DNA of 64,000 nucleotides from a virus: IMG/VR virus record IMGVR_UViG_3300044619_001118, positions 1 to 64,000 of that record; one strand, 5' to 3'. Shown piece by piece: positions 57,585 to 64,000 of this stretch (position 1 is its first letter; each line of letters starts with the position of its first letter). The notes under the pieces were generated by a model. It saw only the letters and a program-made list of their open reading frames with translations, ran no database searches and was not told where the DNA came from. The position numbers and the translations under genes were made by a program.

Positions 57585-57785
57585 ATGGAATTGAAAGAGG
57601 CACTATCTAAAACAATCGTAGATTATATTTCAAAAGGAAAAATTGGAAGCTTAGAACGTGCATTTAAACAAGACGCTGTTTTAAGTAGTTATATCCAAGA
57701 TTATTGGAATTCTCATAATGATTTTATGAAAAGAATAGATATGTGGTGCAAAAAATACCCAGAATCCTGTAAGAAAAAAGTTTAA
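57585..57785 (+). CDS. Small hypothetical protein
   Basis: ATG 57585 has GGAG upstream (track start 57573 also possible); ends WCKKYPESCKKKV. Confidence 0.6.
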   Translation: MELKEALSKTIVDYISKGKIGSLERAFKQDAVLSSYIQDYWNSHNDFMKRIDMWCKKYPESCKKKV

Positions 57786-57797
57786 CTGGATTTATAA

Positions 57798-60700
57798 ATG
57801 GCAAAAGAAACACAAAATAATAAGAATGATGGTGAACTTATAAAACTTCGTCGTCAAGAACTTGGTGTAACACAAGAGATAATGAATCTTCGTAAGAAAT
57901 TAGAATCATTATCCGCTCGTGATTTATCAAACATCAAAGAAATTGAAAAGTTAAAAAAGAGTATTTTAAATCTTGAAACAAAAAAATCGGAAATATCTAA
58001 GAAGCTGATTGATTCTGATGAAAAAGTAAAAAAGATTAAAGAAGATACTTTAGATACTGTTGAAAAAACGGCAAAAAAGGAAAAAGAACAAGTTGATTTG
58101 ACAAAAGAACATCAAAAGCAACTTCGTGAAAATAAAAAGATATTGAACGATGTTCAAGATACAAGTGCCGATATTCAAAATTTAACTAAACAATTACTTA
58201 AAGATGATAAATCGAGAAATGACCTTGTAGACAGATTAAATGGTGCGTACCAAGTAAGTCAAGGATTAGTACAATCAATACAATCGGGTGTAAAAGATAC
58301 ATCCGAAGAGTATAAGAATTTTGTCTCAATCGGTAAAGATGTACAAAGTTTACTCTTATCATCGGTAAATCTAGAAGCACAGATAAATGAATCCAGAAAA
58401 ATGGCATCTCAAGGTATGTACGACGAAGTAGATGTCAGAGAACAAGAAAGTTTATTAAGAAAGATAAATATAGAACTTGAAGATGAAGACGTAAAACTTA
58501 CAAAAGAAAAACGAGAACAACTTGAAATGGCAAGGGATATTGCAATGGAATCAATAGATATTGCCAAGAAACAAAATGAAATAAATGAAGAGGCCGCGAA
58601 AATAGCAGAGGGTCATAACAAATCCATATCCAATTCAAGTGAATTACTTGGTGGATTATTTGATAAAACAGAAGGTCTTGTTAGTAAATTACCGGGTGGT
58701 GATAAATTACTCAAGGTTTTTGGATTCGAAAAGATGAAATCTCAAATAAATGAAAATCTTGGCGGAACTTTAACAAATGTAATCAATGGATTTAAAGAAG
58801 GTGGTGTATCTGGATTCAAAGCACTTGGACAAGGTGCAATGCAATTTGGGAAAACATTGTTGATGGGCCCACAGGCTGCAATATTTGGAATACTTGCGGC
58901 AGTTGCACTTGTTGTTGATATGTTTATGGATTTAGATGGTGCTGTATCTGAAGTACAAAAAGAACTTGGTGGAACAAAAAAGGAAGCCCTTGCTGCTCAT
59001 GAAGCGGCACATGATATGGCGCACGAGATGAATCTCGTCGGTGTTAATACGAAAGAAGTTGTAAAGGGTATGTCAACTGTCTCTGAAATTATGGGCGGTA
59101 TAGACGTTAAGAATATGATGCAGGCACCTGGAATGAAAGAGATGGTAAAGGATGCAACTCTTCTTTCAGAAAAATTTGGTATGTCAAAAGAAGAAATCGA
59201 GAACGTACATACTCTTTCTACAATAACTGGCAAATCAATGTCAACACTTGCAGGAGAAGCTATTCAAGTTGCAGGTGGTGTAATGAAAACAAAGGATGCT
59301 GTTAAACTTCTTGGTGGTATATCAAAAGATGTTGCTATTTCATTTAAGGGCGGTACAAAAGAACTTATAGCCGCGGCAGCAAAGGCAAAATTACTTGGTA
59401 CTGATTTAAAGAAAGTTAAAGATATTGGTATGGGTATGTTGGATATTGAAACGTCTCTTGAAAAGGAGATGGAAGCCCGTGCCATACTTGGTAGAGATAT
59501 TAATTTAGATAGGGCAAGAGAAGCTGCATTAAGCGGAGACGTTGCAACACTCCAAGACGAATTATTAACACAGGCTGGTTCACTTAAACAATTTCAAGAT
59601 GGTGGTCCTCTAAAACAAAAAGCACTTGCCGATGCTATGGGAATGACGGTCGAAGAAATGACCGATATGTTGACTAAGGCCGAGGAAATGAATAAACTCG
59701 GATTAGACAAACAACTTCAAGAAAAATTAGCAAATGCAACTGCCGAAGAAAAAGCTGCAATTTACAAAAAACAAGCAGAAACTCTACAAGGAGAAGCGAG
59801 AGATTTGGCACTTCGTAAAGCCGCCGAAGAAGAATCCGCATCAACGGCTGAAAAGTTCGGCGATATAATGACCAAGATAAAAGAAACTGCCATGAAATTG
59901 GTAACTCCAATTCTTGATATGGTTCATGGTTTAATGGATGGTGCCACACAGGGCGGTGGACTGTTAGACGTTTTTGATGGAATAATATCAACACTTAAAC
60001 CAATAATGGAAATCATCTTCGGTATAGGTAAGATAATATTTCAGAGTTTGATATTTCCATTCAAACTTGTCTTTTCGATTGTTTCGCCTATAATAGATGC
60101 GGTAAAAGAAGTCTTCTCTGCATTCAGTTCTGGTGAAAAAGATGCAACCAGTATTTCAGATATATTCGATGGTATAGCTGGTGTGATGTCTACAATACAA
60201 GATGTAGTTGGTGGTATAGTTAAAGTATTTATCGGTGGTTTAATAGAACCGGGTAAAATACTTTGGAAATCAATTATAACACCATTGTGGGAAACATTTA
60301 AGGGAATATATGATACACTTTCAAAGGCATTCGAACCTTTGTTTGCTGCAACCGGAGAAGGTGAAAAAACCGCAGGAGTTATGGAAACTATAAAAAAAGT
60401 TATTAGTTCACTTTCACCTGTACTTGAAGTGATAGGTGGATTAATCGCTGGTGTAATCATGAAGCCATTTGAAATGTTCGCCAATTTAATACAAATTGTG
60501 ATTAAATTGTTTACAGGTGACATGACAGGTGCCGTTGATAAATTAGGAGAGTATCTCTTTGATTACTTTCTTGGTATCCCAGAAATGGTAATCACTGCTG
60601 TCTCAAAAATAATAGATGGTATTTTTGGAACAAATCTAACGGCAGGTGTTACTGACTTTTTTGCATTTATAAAAGATGGGTTTAAGTCTATTGCCGGATT

Positions 60701-61442
60701 AATTGAACCTATATTTGGATTTATCAAGAAAATTGGTGGACTCATTATTGACAACATAATGGCACCATTTAAATTTGTATGGGGGATACTTGGTGGAATT
60801 GGTAAAATGTTTACCGGTGATTTCATGGGAGGACTAAAACAAATCGGTAGTGCAATTACTGAATACATAATGACACCTATTAATTTTGTTAAAGGTTTAT
60901 TTGAAGGATTTGTTGGTCTGTTTACGGGTATAGCAGATAAGATAAAAGGAGTAATCAAAGATTTACTACCAGGATGGGCATTGGATATATTAGGATTGGG
61001 TGAAGAGTCTGCACCAGCAACATCTGGTGGTAGCAAATCAGAGTCAGTTCAAGTTGCAGCTGCGGCGAAGGGTGGTGAAGTTGCAAAGGGTGGTATGATG
61101 TTAGTTGGTGAAAAAGGACCGGAGATTGTTACATTACCACAAGGTGCCTCTGTTGCATCCACCAGTGCAGGAGAACAAACTGGTGGAATATTAAGTGCAA
61201 TGGGTGTTGACGATATGGGTGGCACATCTGGTGGAATCGCCACATCAGGAAACGGTGGTGGTAATAATATGTCAAATGTAGAAAAGAAACTGGACACACT
61301 TATTACATTATTCTCACAAGCTGCAAACCAACCAACAGTTATCAAGTTTGGTGATAAGACCGTGGAAGAAATTAAAGGTCAACTAAACTTCAAAAAAGCA
61401 TATACGATAGGAACGGATAATAGTTATGGTCGTTCAATCTAA
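57798..61442 (+). CDS. Tape measure protein
   Basis: 1214 aa; N-terminal coiled coil, Ala/Gly/Met-rich helices, amphipathic F/I/G repeats, VGEKGPEIV near the C-terminus; follows the chaperones. Confidence 0.85.
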   Translation: MAKETQNNKNDGELIKLRRQELGVTQEIMNLRKKLESLSARDLSNIKEIEKLKKSILNLETKKSEISKKLIDSDEKVKKIKEDTLDTVEKTAKKEKEQVDLTKEHQKQLRENKKILNDVQDTSADIQNLTKQLLKDDKSRNDLVDRLNGAYQVSQGLVQSIQSGVKDTSEEYKNFVSIGKDVQSLLLSSVNLEAQINESRKMASQGMYDEVDVREQESLLRKINIELEDEDVKLTKEKREQLEMARDIAMESIDIAKKQNEINEEAAKIAEGHNKSISNSSELLGGLFDKTEGLVSKLPGGDKLLKVFGFEKMKSQINENLGGTLTNVINGFKEGGVSGFKALGQGAMQFGKTLLMGPQAAIFGILAAVALVVDMFMDLDGAVSEVQKELGGTKKEALAAHEAAHDMAHEMNLVGVNTKEVVKGMSTVSEIMGGIDVKNMMQAPGMKEMVKDATLLSEKFGMSKEEIENVHTLSTITGKSMSTLAGEAIQVAGGVMKTKDAVKLLGGISKDVAISFKGGTKELIAAAAKAKLLGTDLKKVKDIGMGMLDIETSLEKEMEARAILGRDINLDRAREAALSGDVATLQDELLTQAGSLKQFQDGGPLKQKALADAMGMTVEEMTDMLTKAEEMNKLGLDKQLQEKLANATAEEKAAIYKKQAETLQGEARDLALRKAAEEESASTAEKFGDIMTKIKETAMKLVTPILDMVHGLMDGATQGGGLLDVFDGIISTLKPIMEIIFGIGKIIFQSLIFPFKLVFSIVSPIIDAVKEVFSAFSSGEKDATSISDIFDGIAGVMSTIQDVVGGIVKVFIGGLIEPGKILWKSIITPLWETFKGIYDTLSKAFEPLFAATGEGEKTAGVMETIKKVISSLSPVLEVIGGLIAGVIMKPFEMFANLIQIVIKLFTGDMTGAVDKLGEYLFDYFLGIPEMVITAVSKIIDGIFGTNLTAGVTDFFAFIKDGFKSIAGLIEPIFGFIKKIGGLIIDNIMAPFKFVWGILGGIGKMFTGDFMGGLKQIGSAITEYIMTPINFVKGLFEGFVGLFTGIADKIKGVIKDLLPGWALDILGLGEESAPATSGGSKSESVQVAAAAKGGEVAKGGMMLVGEKGPEIVTLPQGASVASTSAGEQTGGILSAMGVDDMGGTSGGIATSGNGGGNNMSNVEKKLDTLITLFSQAANQPTVIKFGDKTVEEIKGQLNFKKAYTIGTDNSYGRSI

Positions 61443-61486
61443 TAATCCAACGTTTTAGATATTTATTGTAAATAACAGGTATCAAA

Positions 61487-64000
61487 ATGGCATTATTAGA
61501 TTTATCATCCGACTTATCAAGATTTCGTTCCGAAACTTCAAAAGAGGCAAAAAATACTCCTGAAGCTTCGAAGGCAACGAACAATAAGAATTTTGCAACG
61601 ATGCAACCTATAACTCAAAAGTTGTCATCGTTCTCCCCTACAATCAATAAGGTTGAAACCAAAAAGTTAGAAGACAATCTTGGTTCCACCCGATTGGATG
61701 ATATACGTAAATTTGCGATGGAGAACCTCCTAATAAATTCTGTATCCAGATTCTCAGATGTAAATCTTGCCTTTAAAGAAGAAAGTTTAGGACAGATTTC
61801 AACAGAACAAGTTGCATCCAGATACAACAAATTGCAACAAGGTGGATTTGTTAGTCGCCTTGATAAATCAAATACTCTTGTTGTAAAGACAACACAAGGA
61901 ACAAACAATCTAACTTCTCCAATTGATATAGTTGTAAATAAGAATGATGCATCGGATAACATTCAAAATCCGAATATAAACATCACACCGTCTAAACTTA
62001 CATTTGACCGAGCAAACACAACTCCAAATATCAAACCAGTTGTTGGTGATGCCACAGATAATATCACGAATCCAAACATTGATATAATTCCGGGTCAACT
62101 TACATTTGATAGAAGTAACTCAAGTCCAAATATTTCGGTAAACAAAAATGATGCATCCGATAATATTACAAACCCAGATGTTGTAATCAACAATGTTCCT
62201 TTAACATTTGATAGAACAAAGTCCAGTCCAAATTTAGTTATCAAACAAGATGATGCAATTGACAATATCACAAATCCAAATGTTGATATAGTAAAGAAGG
62301 CACTTTCATTTGATAGAACAAAACAATCTGTAAACATTAATACTGATTTGGTTTCTCCGATTAACAACATCGTTGACCCAAAGATTGCACTGGAAACAAC
62401 AACACTTGTTTTTGATAGAAAGAATGAAACACCAAACATAATAACCGATACAATAAAAGAAGGTTTGGTTACTGACCCTAATACAAAAACATTCAAAGTC
62501 GAGAATGGTAAATTCCATTTGACAGATGAAAGTAGATTGAATCCTGATGGTATGCCAATTAAATTTGTTGTATCATCAAAACTTGTAAACAAAAGACCAC
62601 AACAAGATGTGGATGTAAAAGTTTACAATCAACAATCACAACAACTAAAGGACAACAGTCGTTTAAATGTTGATAAGGTAGAAAAAACAATACCATCTGG
62701 TAGAAATGAAGACCCAAACAAATCAAAGTTTGCAATAATTGGAACTCAAAGTGTAAACTTCTTCCCAGATACAAACGGAAGTGGATTTACAACAAAACCA
62801 CAAAAAGGTGTTTCTCTTTATACAGACAGTTCTGAATATAGTTGGAAAGGTAGTAGAAACGATGCACCTTCAACGAATTTCATTACAGATGTAAATGGAG
62901 TTGGTTTCAATACATTTGTTAAGAACAATGAAACTCTTTACAAAAATGAAACATCCATTTATGGTTTCACTAAGATACCAGAAACTAATTTCTTTGATGT
63001 TAATCAAAACTATACAAGTGAAGGATTTAAATCTTTTGTAAGTCAATTGAAATCGGTGTTTCAAAAAGACTCCTCATCTTACACATTTAAAGGTAGTCCA
63101 CAAAATGCACCTGAAACAAACTTCTTTGATGTTTCTGGTAACAACACATCAAAAGGGTTTGAAAAGTTTACACAGCAACTTGTAAGTAGATACATTAAAG
63201 ATTCATCAAGATTTGATTTTGATGGTTCAAACCAAAATGCACCTGAAACAAACTTCTTTGATGTTAATGGAACATATACAACAAAGGGATTTGAAAAATT
63301 TACTCAAAAATTACAAAGTAAGTATGTAAGAGATGTTTCTGCATTTGGATTTGCTGGTTCAAAACAAAGTGCACCAACTACGGATTTTTTTGATAATTCA
63401 AAGGCAAGTGGATTTACAAAGTTTCCACAAAAAATGCAATCGGAGTATTCAAGAGATTCTTCCGAATTTATATTTAAGGGAACAACACCGAAAGCTGTAA
63501 ATTTCTTTGATAATACATCGGCAGATGGATTCACGAATAAGATTGGTAAACTTGAAAGTAAATATAAGAAAGACATTTCTGGTTTTACATTTAAGGGGAC
63601 TCTACCAAAACCAGTTGATTTCTTCCAAAATACAAATGCAGTTGGATTTGAAAACAAGATACAACAAAATGTAACAAAATACAAAAAGGATAGTTCCAAT
63701 TTTACATTTAAGGGAACAACTCCAAAATCAGTTGACTTTTTTGATAATTCAAATGCAACTGGATTCACTAATAAAATCGCTAAGAATGAAACGAAATACA
63801 TTCCAGATTCAAGTGAGTTTACATTTAAAGGTTCTTCGCAAAATGCACTGACGGTAAATTACATACCAGATACATTCAATGCTGGATTTACGAAGTTTCC
63901 AAAGTCATTAGAATCGGAATATATAACAGATGTTTCAAGATATGGATTCAAAGGAACTCGTGCAACTGCACCGAATGCAGATTTCCTAACAAATACAAAT
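61487..64000 (+). CDS. Large repeat-containing tail/baseplate-region protein (3' truncated; missing from the ORF track)
   Basis: ATG 61487 (MALLDLSSDLSRFRS...) reads open to the window end; ~34-aa repeats DNITNPN....LTFDR...SPNI and ~37-42-aa repeats NFFD....GF.KF....S.Y..DSS.F.FKG. Confidence 0.8.
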   Translation, partial: MALLDLSSDLSRFRSETSKEAKNTPEASKATNNKNFATMQPITQKLSSFSPTINKVETKKLEDNLGSTRLDDIRKFAMENLLINSVSRFSDVNLAFKEESLGQISTEQVASRYNKLQQGGFVSRLDKSNTLVVKTTQGTNNLTSPIDIVVNKNDASDNIQNPNINITPSKLTFDRANTTPNIKPVVGDATDNITNPNIDIIPGQLTFDRSNSSPNISVNKNDASDNITNPDVVINNVPLTFDRTKSSPNLVIKQDDAIDNITNPNVDIVKKALSFDRTKQSVNINTDLVSPINNIVDPKIALETTTLVFDRKNETPNIITDTIKEGLVTDPNTKTFKVENGKFHLTDESRLNPDGMPIKFVVSSKLVNKRPQQDVDVKVYNQQSQQLKDNSRLNVDKVEKTIPSGRNEDPNKSKFAIIGTQSVNFFPDTNGSGFTTKPQKGVSLYTDSSEYSWKGSRNDAPSTNFITDVNGVGFNTFVKNNETLYKNETSIYGFTKIPETNFFDVNQNYTSEGFKSFVSQLKSVFQKDSSSYTFKGSPQNAPETNFFDVSGNNTSKGFEKFTQQLVSRYIKDSSRFDFDGSNQNAPETNFFDVNGTYTTKGFEKFTQKLQSKYVRDVSAFGFAGSKQSAPTTDFFDNSKASGFTKFPQKMQSEYSRDSSEFIFKGTTPKAVNFFDNTSADGFTNKIGKLESKYKKDISGFTFKGTLPKPVDFFQNTNAVGFENKIQQNVTKYKKDSSNFTFKGTTPKSVDFFDNSNATGFTNKIAKNETKYIPDSSEFTFKGSSQNALTVNYIPDTFNAGFTKFPKSLESEYITDVSRYGFKGTRATAPNADFLTNTN

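Noticed and set aside
58997-63801. Minus-strand ORFs of 60-165 aa opposite the tape measure and terminal repeat protein
   Set aside because: Fully antisense to long coherent + strand genes; no recognisable motifs.
1-64000. Stop-codon reassignment, introns or inteins in core genes, tRNA genes
   Set aside because: Core genes are full length under the standard code with no obvious insertions; intergenic gaps are short and no cloverleaf was seen. A tRNA scan was not run.

Overview
The window is a gene-dense, AT-rich segment of a large T4-like myophage genome. Every credible gene is on the + strand. Order: end of a DNA primase and a single-chain Mre11-Rad50 (gp47-gp46) fusion (1-3.5 kb); a ~28 kb accessory block of fibre/appendage genes interleaved with two glycosyl-/methyltransferase loci (3.5-31.5 kb); probable head-internal and lysis genes; terminase, portal, prohead protease, ribosomal protein bS21, an ADP-ribosyltransferase, scaffold and major capsid; PhoH, neck, sheath, tube, tail chaperone, tape measure; and a large repeat protein running off the end. 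A Bacteroidota-like host is inferred, not shown. Best candidates for new biology: (1) a virion glycosylation system, with an Aah/TibC-type protein O-glycosyltransferase fusion sitting between proteins with long Pro-free Gly-X-Ser triplet tracts; (2) a 35-repeat RCC1 protein whose junctions parse into five nested 7-bladed propellers; (3) a possible translation switch, with phage bS21 plus GGAG Shine-Dalgarno sites on late genes; (4) a start-less ORF reachable by a +1/-2 frameshift at a T7 run in the tail chaperone gene; (5) a probably capsid-packaged ADP-ribosyltransferase with an unannotated coupled 57-aa ORF; (6) a recurring ATATTTAT(A/T) upstream motif that is the reverse complement of the T4 late promoter. 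All family assignments come from motif recognition by eye; no searches were run.
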